A DNA stretch of 64,000 bases from NCBI RefSeq assembly GCF_963676685.1, contig NC_092344.1, forward strand, positions 120,342,001 through 120,406,000. The letters run 5' to 3'. The notes under the pieces are model-generated. The model searched no databases. It saw only the letters and a program-made list of their open reading frames with translations, and was not told where the DNA came from. The DNA is from Mytilus edulis. Lineage: Eukaryota. The stretch's first letter is position 1, and each line of letters begins with the position of its first letter. The position numbers and the translations under genes are program-made. Shown here one piece after another: positions 51,494-64,000 of this stretch.

Positions 51494-54400
51494 ATGGATG
51501 AAATGGGAAAATTGAAAGTCGGTGTTAATGTCGACATACAGAGGACTGACGGTAAACAATCAATATAATATGACCCCAATCGGTTGCTAATAAATAACTA
51601 TTTATGACTGGTCCTGGTCACTAAAACTTTTGTAAACTTAACCAAAATTTTAAAAACTATTTTTTTGGATGACTAATAGTGATTCAGTGTCTTGTTTTCA
51701 CTTTGAGAGGCTGTGGTACATCAATTCCCCCAAACTCCCAGAAAAACCTTGGATATGGACAGTATTTCAGAAAACATAAAATTATATATTGCCAAATGAG
51801 TTATTATCACAGGAGTTTGAAATACTAGCAGTATAAAAGGGGTATAAATATGCCAAACTCGACTATCACAGTTGTGCATCTCTCTTAGAGATAAGCGATC
51901 CATGTCTTGCATTAAATATGTTTATTCTTTGCCCACCCAAAATAAATAAAAAGTCAAAATGCCGAAATCGATGGGTCACTGTGAAAACTGTTAAAATATG
52001 GAAAAATAAAGGTTGACAGGTAGGTGAAACTTACATAAATGTAGAGATAAATGAAAAATGAACAGATTGATGCCCGATTTATATAATTCCAAGGCCGTCA
52101 GTCGGCATCAGAAGCGACGAAGCAGCGCATCTATTTTGGGTGGGCAAATATCCACTTTTTGATATGGGACGAGCTCTGACGTCCCACGGCCCCAGCTTGT
52201 CTGGCAAAACAGCTGTTGGACGTCAGAGTAATCTCGGACTACAAATTCTGTATTCCAAAAAGCGTGTCAAACATCTTTTATTCGTAAATTTTCTTCGTCT
52301 GCCACTGAAACTCTGTTTGGAGTTGTAACCAGATCAACTATGAACAAAATCAGTATTCTTACTTTAATAACTACCTATGCATGAATGACACTGCTGACAG
52401 AAGATAATTTATCCCAAAAGGAAAAATTACGCATTCCACACGCATTAACCCTCTTGCTGCCGGAGGGACACATATGTCCACAATCTAATTAAAAACCGAT
52501 CTCTCATCGCTTCTGTTTCTGATATGTCGCATGGGAGATCTAACGAAACCGGCTTTGAGGTCACATGTGAGTGAACTAAAAGTCATGAATTTATAAAGAT
52601 ATGCAAATGAGTTGACGACCTATTAATAAGCCAATCAAAAAAGTTTATGAATTATTATGACTGACGATTTCGTCGTAAATAAAATGAGTTACATCCCTTT
52701 GCCTTACGTTAAACTTCCAAGATCGTGGAAGACTCAATTTCATTGGTCGAAAAAGACACACCTACGAGGTCACTCACATGTGACCTCAAAGCGGGTTTCG
52801 TTAGATCTCCCACGCAACATATCAGAAACAGGAGCGATGAGAGATCGGTTTTTAATTAGATTGCATATGTCCATGTTTTGATTTTGCTCGTCCTCAACTT
52901 TTTTCGTAATTTACGAAACAGTTTTCACATAGACAAAAGTATTTCAAATCAATTTCGTCACTTAAATTTTGAAAGTGTAAAAATATTTTCGCATTCAAAT
53001 ACTATAAATCTACTTTTCTCTAATTTTTGTGCTATTTTCACATTTCCTGACCGGTGTGAGAAAAATATTTAAATGCCGGAATGTATGGTTGGATAAGGAA
53101 CCAATTAATTACGAATGTAACAATATTTATTGAGGCTACTGTTACATGTACATTGCGTTATTGTTACATGAAAAACAGCAATGTTCGCCGGAATGGACTA
53201 GTAATATGTACTAAATAATAAAAGTTGAAGACATTATCTTATATTTACAATACATACAAGTATAACATACATTTTTTTTTTATAGTACGTCCTACATGGA
53301 TTCTGAAATCGGTTTCGGACATCTCTTAAACTGAGTTTTACTATGCGTAGTGTTGTGCGTTTGTTTTTTTTCTACATTGGCTAGAGGTATAGGGGAGGGT
53401 TAAGATCTCATAAACATGTTTAACCGTTGCAATTTTGAGCTTTCTCAAGTCAGGAGCCTTTGCATGGCGTTTGTTAGTCTTGTAGCATGATTTTTTAATG
53501 TTAGTTTCTTGTGTAAAATTCATAGTTTAGTATGACGTCCGTTATCACTGAACTAGTATACATATTTGTTTAGGGACAGGCTGAAGGACACCTCCTACGG
53601 GTGCGAGAGTTTCTCGCTACATTGAAGACCCATTGGTGACCTTCAGCTGTTGTCTGTTCTATGTTCGGGTTGTTGTCGCTTTGACACATTCCCCATTTTC
53701 ATTCTCAATTTTATACATGTATACAGAAGTTCACAGTGTAAGTTCACAGTTAGCAAACTTTACTTTTGATGTATCAATTTTTGGTTTGTGCGTCTGTATA
53801 GCTGTATGAAATTTGTGTCTTGATATTGTTTCAGTTTCGTTTCAAACGCATCCCATGCAAGTTTAAAATTTTTCACCCAAACAAAATTGGTAATAGGAAT
53901 CTCTTCATCTTTTGTTCAAAGTATAATGACAGTAATACAAGTAGGTGTGCAGTTAAATACTTAAAAGTGAAGTTTTCTCAGCCCGAGTTTTCAACAACAA
54001 ACCATTGAACTATATTTTTCACCTTTGGCACTACTAATTTGAAGTAGTATCTTTAAGAACATCAAATCCATTAATACCTAAAACTATTTAAACACCATTT
54101 GTTGAATAATAATATTTATTATTTATTATTATAACAAGTATTATTTAGTAGACATGAATGAATTAAGCAACAAAACTATATAGAAGATTTAATTTTAATA
54201 AATCTAGCGTACATTGCTGTTTTTCATGTAACAATAACGCAATGTAACCGTAGCCTAAATAATTATTGTTACATTCGTAATTAATCGGTTCCTTACCCAA
54301 CTTTGCATTCCGTCAATTCGTCTCCAATGTAACAATAATATTTTTTATTATTGTTACATTTCCATGTAACCGTACCCAGTGCCTATAACTAATGCTTTGA

Positions 54401-57400
54401 ATTGTATTATTTGTAGAATTAGTTGTATTTGTATTCAATGTATTTTAAAAGGAAACTGAAGTGCCAAAAAAATCTATATGTTATGTCTGTTCCTATACAC
54501 ATGCATGACATGTACATGAAATTTATAATGTTAATTTAAAATACACTGTTAAACATACGTTTTAATTTATACCTATCTTGAAATGAATTTTCTCTTCTCC
54601 CTTTCCAAGAATTATATCAGCTTGCAGTTATTTTGACAATTACCATACAATTCCAACAGTTTTACAGTACATTTTGAAGTTTATTGTCACACATGACATG
54701 CCTTTGTTATTATATAATTATATGACACTTGTTGTTGATTGACATGTGATTGATTACACAAACAATTTATTGATAATTAACTGAAAATTTAAAACAGCTG
54801 TTTATTACCACAAATTGTGTGATAGTCATAATAGTTTAATATTCTAATATACAAAAAATTGAAGTGTAAAATATAAAAATGCATTACATACTTTTTAATT
54901 GATGTATTTTTACAGGAAGAATACATTCAGCAGTTATCAGTGGAACCAATCCAGAATCTAAGAGTGTCACTGTAGAATGGTTTGAGAAAGGAGAAACTAA
55001 AGGAAAAGAAGTAGGATATTAAGTACAACTCTCAGAAAATTCATTCTAAACTGTCTAATCCTAACACTTTAGATAACAATAATTAATTTATTAAAGTTTT
55101 CAAATTTATTTACAAATTATATGATATACATCATACAAATAATGATAAAATAAGACTAATAATCAGCAACAGTTGATGTTTGAAACACTAGTCTATAAAG
55201 ACATTTTTCTATATAGTTTAAAAAAAGAAAAAGGATGAATTTAAATCAAAATGGCACAACCGACAATTCATTGAATTGAGTATTAGTCCATCAGCTGGTA
55301 AGGCAAAATTACAGTTCTGTGTTACACCCCCGGGTACCGCAATTTTTTAGTATAAGTCTAAAGAGTAATGTCTGAAGAATATTTTAAGAGGTGTTAGACT
55401 TTTGAAAAAGTGTCCAAAAGGGGTTAAAAGGGGTCTTATTTAAGAGTATATCAAAAATTTTGTTTCACACATATATACAGAAAAAAGAAAAAATAACCAA
55501 GTATTCGGTACAATTACCCTTATTAAATTGAACAAATCATATCTTATTGATACGGAGGCTAATTTGTATTTAATTTTTAAATCGTATAGGACCAAGACAA
55601 AAAGGGGGAGGGTTATATTCAAAATGCATGATGTTGAATGAACCAAAGCATACATACTAGTTTTCTTGATAAAAAAGGTAAATTTTTTACATTGAAACAT
55701 AGAGCATCAAGTAACTAAAGGCAGTTGAACAAAATTCAAAGGTAAGAAAGGGAAAAAAACATGGAATCAATGGCAAACACAAACATAAACAATGTATATC
55801 ACAGTCATTATTGAAAAACACACATAGTACTAAAAAAATAAAAGAACTGTCAGGGTTTCAAGATCTATATTAAAGATCTTTTAACAACAGAATCACCACT
55901 TTTTAAGGTCACGAAGAAGGTCAATCCATAGAATCATCTTCATTTTCGTCAACGCCATCTACCGAATCATCATCACCATCATCTTTATCATCTTCGTCGT
56001 CATCGTCAGCCATATCAACGATTTGATTATTCTTGTTGCTACAATAACTTGTATATTTGCAGCCATCTGTACAGGATAAACCGTGTGGAATACATGAACA
56101 TCTTTTGGTGGCACAACCAACGCAGCTATACATGAACAGCTTATCAGTATCAATAAAGCATCTAACGCTGGCGGTTGGTCTATCCAATTGATGCTGATCA
56201 AATCGTTCTTAACAATCCAATCAGGGTTGTTTGGCGATGGAACAGTGTTGTGTTATAGAGTAGATTTACAAATCTTTGCCTGAATGTTGAATCGTTTGAT
56301 GTGCTTTAACATTGCATCTTTTGTTGGGTCAGTAGATGACAATGAATGTTTTTTGCATAGCAAAACAAATCTGAAATTCATTGATGTTATTATAATCGTA
56401 TCCATATATAGCACACAAAAACCTCTCGAGTGTTTTGACAGTTCTTCGCCTACCTCTTTAAAATTTTCACCAAAACGGGATAGACCTTCTGAAAACTCCA
56501 CTGAACGATTCAAAACGCCAAATGCTTTGCTTTTTCCTTTACCAGACAAAGCACTAACTGAATCACAACCACTAAAGGCGTGAAATCCTGTCAGTGCTCT
56601 ACAAACACTCTCCCCCAATTTTGCGCACATTGATTGCACATTTAATAATCTGCATTTGGAAGACGTACCTATCAGAAGAATAATATTTGAACTGATGCGA
56701 TTCTGAAAATAGCAGGCCAAAACTTCCACATCTGATTGATTTTATTACAATGGGATCGTAACCTTTGTCAGCTGCGTGTTTTGCACGAAGAAACATTTTT
56801 GTGTCGGCTTCTTCCTGTTTGCTTAGAAGCTCAGTGCATTTTACACTTGTCATTATTTCATTTTCAACAGTGATACAAATAAATCAATTCCTTCAAGTGT
56901 ATAAAATCTATAGGATTGTTTACTCCATTCCGACACAAGGATTAAACAAGAGCAACTTTTTTTCTACCAACTGACAACAATTTCTTCCATTGCCCAGGAC
57001 ACGATTGTGATGGTCTCGAAATTATTGTTATGATTTGCCCTCCCAAGGACCTGCGATCCCGTTCTAATTTTTTTTATGGATATTGTGGGATACTGATCAG
57101 TGACAAAATCAATGCGGGGAGCTCTATTTGAAACTGAAAGGATGGTTTTAAAAACAACATTTGCCAAACAGAAAAAGTACTTGGTATCCTTGTGATGGAT
57201 TGAATGACTGCCATGCCATCAAATATCCACATGCTTGCTTTCATCAGGAATAGCTTGCATTTGTTCAACGCCCTTTTCTAAAAGACCAGCAAGGACAGAT
57301 TTATTTGTCTTTACTAGTGTACCATCAACGTTTGCAAGAGACTATGGAAGAGGACCTTATTCAAACTTGAGGACCTCTCGCATATCCAACTGTCTTGTCT

Positions 57401-60400
57401 GTGCTATTACTCTATATCTACTTTCAATGTGTTGTTGTTCATATATCAGTTATTAACTGCTTACCTTTTATTTCCTTTGTTGAAAATGTAAGCAATGATT
57501 GTCTTTTAATTGGTTTGAAAATGCCGATAGACTTTTGAACAAGCCGTTCACTGATGAAATTGTCTGATGCAAAACTTTCCCTTTTTATAGGCGTCGCACA
57601 TTAATTCAGAGGAAGAAACAGTGCCCGATGACAAGCCTGATAGCTGCTCAGATGTCTCAAATGGGTTTGTCCACCTTTTCAGTGTTTGAACCAATTTCAA
57701 AACGTCAGTTTCATCTCATTTCATTCGAGTTTTGTCAAGTTCTGTTTGTGTGGATGTTTCAGGATTAACTATTCATGCCAAATCTCGACATTTTGATGAT
57801 ATTGAAGCTCTTTCATGTGCATTTAGCAACCAACGTTTAACAGAACCTTTATTCAAACTGAAACCAACAACGCCATCTCTTGTTTTGGTATCTCTGTTCA
57901 ACGTTTGCTCGATTGTTTGGTCAACTGGAGATCTAGAAAATCCATGAGAGCTTCTCTGAACACAAAAACCACCAGATGAAAGATATACATGGGCATCAGG
58001 ATATGTATTTGGCAGATTTTGCATATGAAGCAAATAGACTGACGTGTATCGGGAATAGTTTTGACGTAATATGCGAAAAACCATGGTAACATTTTTTCAA
58101 CACATGCCAAATGAAGTTTCTAATTTTTTTCCCTTGTTGCTCTTATAAATACCAATAAAAGTTCGACCATTTCTATGTAAGAATTCCAGAACTTTTTCAT
58201 TAGTTCCTCACTTAGATTGCAATAAACACTAAAGGCCTCAAATAGTTTACCAACATAAGGTGAAATTAGCAAGGTTTTTAAGTTGTTTTCTGTTAAATTT
58301 TGTCTGATTTGAGCTAAGATTGACAGAACAGATGCTGAAAATTAGGATCGAGAAATTCATTCTCATCATTTGAATTCAGCCAAGAACCAAATGCTTCCCA
58401 ACGTAATCGTTCAAAAGCTTCAAAAACAATTTTGAGCAATCGCAGCGCTCGATTATAATGTTTACCTTCACATACACCAGTCAAAGAACCTGACCCAATA
58501 ACTCCAGACTCCAACAGGAGAGCGCCCAGCCCTGCATCGCCAAACCGTTTCCAAATGACTGTTATAAAAGCACATGTAGTGTGACAATATGTACAAAATT
58601 TATAAAACAATAGTGAAGCAATATATTCAATCAAGAAGGAAAGAAAAATGATAAAAAGCACTATCAAATGAGAAACAATGTATATATTACGAAAAGAAAA
58701 TAAATAACAACCAGATGGTATGTCAAATCGACATAATTGTGTGCCAACGAAAGTAAAAAGTCTTAACAAATTCCCCAACTGACTATTTGACCTACGTTCA
58801 AAGCAATGTTTATCGATCGAATGACTTAACAATCTTAACTCAATCACCACATAGCTAAAACACAAAATGTAAAAAAGCACACCTTTATTGAGTTCGATAG
58901 AGTGCACCTTTTCAAAATGCTAAAAATTAACTTTAATTTGTAATTTTTTCATAAATATTTTGTTACACATTTACTTTTTAAAATAATTTGACTCACAAAA
59001 ACAATATAATCGACAATTAAATGTTTGTTTTCAGTTGCAAATTGATAAGCTTAAAGTGCGTATATGTGCACTCAGGTATGAATATATTGTCGACTGAATC
59101 GAAGACGGTAATTTGATGATTTCCGGTATTTTACGAGTATTTGCACGTACATTACGTTTTATTGAATAATTCATATTTTAGACCATATATACATACTGTA
59201 AATAGTTTAAACATTGTATACTGGTCAATTTTAAAGTTTTATTCACAAAAACGGATAATTGTATTACGAATTTCTTCATGAAATGAGAAAATATGCCTAA
59301 TTTTAACCCAAAAAATTGGATTGTTTGTAATGTAAATACACACTTTTTTAAAACAAAAAATCTTTAATTTTACATTAAATATGATAGTTTTATATCTGTT
59401 TTAGTTGTTTTAACCTATACTTTATTTTTTTTCAATCGCTTAATATTAAAAATTTTAATTACAAATTACTTAGTCTCGATAGCTAAATAAGGGGACCATT
59501 GTAAGGGACGTTTTTAAACCTCTTTTGGACACTTTATTTTTGGTCTAACACCTTGTATTTTATTAATAAGATACTGAAGTTGAATTCTATCAAAAAAAAT
59601 CGCGGTACCCTGGGGTGTAACACAAACTCCTTAACTAGAGCGCTTTTGAAAACTAGCTGATGGACTATATGGTCATGATGGTGTAAACAATAAAATAAAA
59701 AAAATATAAGGAATATAAAAGAGGTATACTCATGTACCAATTACTATAAAAAATATTTGTTTCTTTATTTTATTTAATGTCATTGTAGCAGGTTCTGACA
59801 TTTTTTCATTATTAGATTTACATGTATTGAACTGCATTCCTCACTTTGTTAGCATGGTTAGAGAGATTCTACAAATTGCTATTATAAATCATATTTGAAA
59901 AATAGGCAGCTCAGGCAAATACACCTTAAGCTTTGTGAAAATAATAACAGGGGTTTAGAAAATATATCTTCTAATGACAATGATGAAAGGAGATTTTGGG
60001 AGGTAGCAACCCAACATTTTCCCCAGAAATCCAAAAATTTAACCATTCTACAGATAATTTTAAAAAATGTGTATAAGGACAGAAAGTCACAATTATTTTC
60101 ATTGAGAATTTATCAAGAAAATTAGATAAATATTTTTTGGTTGTAAATATTGTCATGTTTGAACAGCTTAAATATTTAGCCAAATCATTTACTTTACATA
60201 AAACTGATTTTTAACAAATATTAAGCTGAATAATTTAAAATAAATATAGATTAAGCTATTATTTTGTTATGCAAAGCACAGAAAAAAATCAACTTAAACT
60301 GAATTTACAATTTTTGGACCTTTGACTGTTTGTTCTACATTGTATTTTATGATTGCATTGCATTATCATGATTATGTGATTTTCTTGTTATTTATAGATT

Positions 60401-60481
60401 GAGATAGAGGCTATATTTCTACTGAATCCAGATTTAGTCTCAGCCCCTGCACCTACAGGGAGGGAAAGCAAATCATCTAAG
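51494..60481 (+). CDS. KIF2A: Kinesin-13 (KIF2A/KIF2C-like), first three coding exons: 51494-51551, 54916-55010, 60398-60481; gene continues beyond the window
   Basis: Spliced peptide MDEMGKLKVGVNVDIQRTDG|RIHSAVISGTNPESKSVTVEWFEKGETKGKE|IEIEAIFLLNPDLV matches the kinesin-13 N-terminal domain; GT/AG junctions in phase. Missed by the ORF track. Confidence 0.88.
52481..52863. mobile_element. MITE with ~95-bp TIRs and a 10-bp TSD (Mutator-like)
   Basis: caatctaattaaaaaccgatctctcatcg.. / ..cgatgagagatcggtttttaattagattg, flanked on both sides by catatgtcca. Confidence 0.8.
53078..54312. mobile_element. TIR element with ~110-bp inverted ends and a nested interspersed repeat (~53325-53715)
   Basis: 53078-53185 is the reverse complement of 54210-54312. 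Confidence 0.6.
55284..59667 (-). mobile_element. Academ-like (AcademX-type) DNA transposon, decayed, in KIF2 intron 2
   Basis: TIRs TAGTCCATCAGCT..GTGTTACACCCC(C/A)GGGTACCGC; TAT 3-bp TSD (55281-55283 and 59668-59670). Frameshifted ORF with transposase-like GKHYNRA and DQTIEQTLNRD, XPG/PIN-like EEADT and FSGCD, and a Cys-rich C-terminus. Confidence 0.8.
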
Positions 60482-61059
60482 GTAGATTATATGAACAATT
60501 TAATCTGTGTCCAGGGTATCATATCCATGAAGAATCTTACATATTTCTTCAAGGAGCTTTAGTATGTTAAAATTTAAACAAGGCATTACACATTTTATTA
60601 TTTTTCATTCATATCAAAAGTAATCCAAATGAAAACAAAAGGAAATATTATTGTATTGTCATGGTTGTTACTATTAGTGTAATTAGTAAATCTTTGAAGA
60701 TGAATGTATATTTAATTAACCTAAATGTCATGGGAGAAGTGTATATTGATTATTAGTAACACTTAACAGTACTGGGATTATCACTATTTGACAGAATGAA
60801 CTGTTTTGTGTCAGACTTAAACTTATAAAAGGACCAACATCTTGTATGTAAAGTTAGACATATTATTGTTGTGAGTTATGAGTAATATGAGGAACTCATT
60901 TCAGGGGTCGAAACCAGATGGTGATGGGCCAACAAATAGACAACTTAATGTGGTTAAAAAAGGTATGGTATTGATTTGTTATTCACCTGGTGTCATTCTC
61001 TCATCTACATCATACAATGATCCATCAGCACATTGATGACTATACGTCAGCGCATCGCA

Positions 61060-63910
61060 AACAGACACTTAATAAAATATAATAACTAATGAGTACAATA
61101 ATTCAAAAATAATTTTGTGCAAAAACAAAACAAAAATTAAAACATTTACATATTTACAAACAGGTTGGATATCTAAATATACTGACTCTGGATCAGTATT
61201 TTAAACTGATCCAGGGAGTTAACACTGATGACGTTCAATGGAAGTGAGTTCCACAGTACAACTGTGAATGGAAAAAAGCTGTACTTGAAGTAATCTGTTC
61301 TTGTGCTAAATGTTTGGTATTGTAATGAATTAGTGAATCTGGTGTTTTTGACTGGCTGTGGTAAAAGGTAAAGGTTTGGGTCTACTGCAATGAGATGGTG
61401 TGAGATTTTGTACAGCATAGTTACTCGATTGATGTTTCTGCGAGTTTCAAGTGACTTCCATTGAAGATGGTCAATCATGAAAGTGACACTACTGGTGTTG
61501 TGGTACCTGTTGGTGACGTAGCGTGCTGCCCTTCTTTGTACTTCTTATACGACCGCAAAAATTTTAATTTTTTGGTGGTATATTGCTATCACGTCGTCTG
61601 CGTCGTCGTCGTCCGAATACTTTTAGTTTTCGCACTCTAACTTTAGTAAAAGTGAATTGAAATCAATGAAATTTTAACACACGGTTTATGACCACAAAAG
61701 GAAGGTTGGGATTGATTTTGGGAGTTTTGGTCCCAACGTTTTAGGAATTAGGGGCCAAAAAGGGCCCAAATAAGCATTTTCTTGGTTTTCGCACTATAAC
61801 TTTAGTTTAAGTGAATAGAAATCTATGAAATTTTGACACAAGGTTTATGACCACAAAAGGAAGGTTGGGATTGATTTTGGGAGTTTTGGTTCCAACAGTT
61901 TAAGAATTAAGGGCCAAAAAAGGGCCCAAATAAGCATTATTCTTGGTTTTCGCACAATAACTTTAGTATAAGTAAATAGAAATCAATGAAATTTTAACAC
62001 AAGGTTTATGACCACGAAAGGAAGGTTGGGATTGATTTTTGGAGTTGAGGTCACAACAGTTTATGAATTAGGGGCCAAAAAGGGGCCCAAATAAGCATTA
62101 TTTTTGGTTTTTGCACCATAACTTTAGTATACATGTAAGTAAATAGAAATCTATGAAATTTAAACACAAGGTTTATGACCATAAAAGGAAGGTTGGGTTT
62201 GATTTTGGGAGTTTTGGTCCTAACAGTTTAGGAATAAGGGGCCCAAAGGGTCCAAAATTGAACTTTGTGTGATTTCATCAAAAATTGAATAATTGGGGTT
62301 TTTTGATATTCCGAATCTAACTATGTATGTAGATTCTTAATTTTTGGTCCCGTTTTCAAATTGGTGTACATTAAGGTCCAAAGGGTCCAAAATTAAATTA
62401 AGTTTGATTTTAACAAAAATTGAATCCTTGGGGTTCTTTGATATGCTGAATTTAAAAATGTACTTAGATTTTTAATTATTGGCCTAGTTTTCAAGTTGGT
62501 CCAAATGGGGGTCCAAAATTAAACTTTGTTTGATTTCATCAAAAATTGAATAAATGGGTTCTTTGATATGCCAAATCTAACTGTGTATGTAGATTCTTAA
62601 TTTTTGGTCCAGTTTTCAAATTGGTCTACATTAAGGTCCAAAGGGTCCAAAATTAAATTAAGTTTGATTTTAACAAAAATTAAATTCTTGGGCTTATTTG
62701 ATATGCTTTATCTAAATATGTACTTTGATTTTTGATTATTGGCCTAGTTTTCAAGTTGGTCCAAATCAGGATTCCATATCAAGTATTGTGCAATAGCAAG
62801 AAATTTTCAATTGCACAGTATTGCACAGTATTGCACAATAGCAAGAAATATCTAATTGCACAATATTGTGCAGTAGCAATTAATTTTCAATTGGAGTTAT
62901 CTTTTTTTGTATAGAATAGTAGTTGATAATATATGTTGGAAATTTGCCAGACATGACTATGATGTCATTTTCTTTTTTTATTTGCCAATAACTTTATGTA
63001 AATAACTTCATTGGAAATTTGCCAATATAAAATGTTGCTGATGAAGCTTTTTTTCCTTATCTTATCTAAAATGTTTTTAGATAATGTATGTTGGACATTT
63101 GCCAGACATGACTATGATGTCATTTTCTATTTTTATTTGCCAATAACTTTATGTAAATAACTTCATTGGAAATTTCCCAATATAAAATGTTGCTGATGAA
63201 GTTTTTTTTATTGTTTTATACAATAAACAATGTATATTCACTTTTACTACCAACCAATCTTTACCATTCAGTGATAACAAGCACTTTATTTTACATTTTA
63301 ATATTTTATGATGTATTTAAAAGAGTAGTTATTGTTGCAAACTCCATTAGAAATTTGAATTGATATCAGTTTTGGAAAAAGGGAAACGGGGATGTGAAAA
63401 AAAAGGGGGGGTTAAATTTTTCTCATTTCAGATTTCATAGATAAAAAGAAAATTTCTTCAAACATTTTTTTGAGAGGATTAATATTCAACAGCATAGTGA
63501 ATTGCTCAAAGGCAAAAAAAACTTTTAAGTTCATTAGACCACATTCATTCTGTGTTAGAAACCTATGCTGTGTCAACTATTTAATTGTAGATTTAAAAAG
63601 TTTGAAGAAGAAATCTTTAATAGATTTGTAAAATCTTGACAATTTTTTTGTGTAAAAAAAAACCATGTAATGTCAAAAATTTTATCACAATCCAAATTCA
63701 GAGCTGTATCACGCTTGAATGTTTTGTCCATACTTGCCCCAACTGTTCAGGGTTCGACCTCTGCGGTCGTATAAAGCTGTGCCCTGCGGAGCACCTGGTT
63801 CAATGTTGTTTTTTTGTTTTTGGGTGTGAGGTGACCTAACTGAAGAGCAGTATTCTAAATTCAAACGTAACATGGATTTGTATGCCAAACTTTTTGTTTT
63901 TCCTGGTTTA
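61060..63910 (-). mobile_element. LINE (CR1/L2-group-like) 3' fragment split by a HINE insertion
   Basis: 63801-63910 reads AYKSMLRLNLEYCSSV..NIE and continues at 61544 into VQRRAARYVTNRY..LQWKSLETRR..SFFPFTVVLWNSLP. Confidence 0.8.
61545..63800 (-). mobile_element. Helentron/HINE-like element, copy 2 (inverted relative to 312-2290)
   Basis: Same termini and subrepeats as copy 1, in reverse complement. Confidence 0.75.
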
Positions 63911-64000
63911 TTTTTAGCTCACCTGACCCGAAGGGCCAAGTGAGCTTTTCTCACCACTTGGCGTCCGTCGTCGTCGTCGTCGTTAACAATTTACATTTTG

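Noticed and set aside
1-64000. Cognate ADP-ribosyltransferase (DarT/CARP-1-like) partner
   Set aside because: No recognisable transferase motifs or unexplained coding exons seen; small exons could be missed by eye.

Overview
AT-rich animal genomic DNA with spliceosomal introns and dense repeats. The repeat families look like those of a bivalve, probably Mytilus (inference from recalled repeat sequence, not verified). The main content is a tandem cluster of six NADAR-family (YbiA-like) N-glycosidase loci across ~3.2-46.2 kb. Four are complete spliced genes (B on +; D, E, F on -), one runs off the left edge (A), and one is an orphan terminal exon (C). The four complete genes share the same splice phases and an invariant 152-nt middle exon, but each catalytic domain carries an unrelated disordered N-terminal arm. 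B has a PIP-box-like motif plus SPKK repeats; F has a ~9-fold R-x-x-S-W array. The first three coding exons of a kinesin-13 (KIF2-like) gene follow at 51.5-60.5 kb. The rest is mobile and repeat DNA: an Academ-like transposon with a 3-bp TSD, a canonical non-autonomous Helitron, Helentron/HINE-like elements, LINE fragments, MITEs, 68-bp and 72-bp tandem arrays, a 2.5-kb quasi-palindrome and a 100-N gap. Exon models were built by hand from GT/AG sites and frame continuity, with no expression data.
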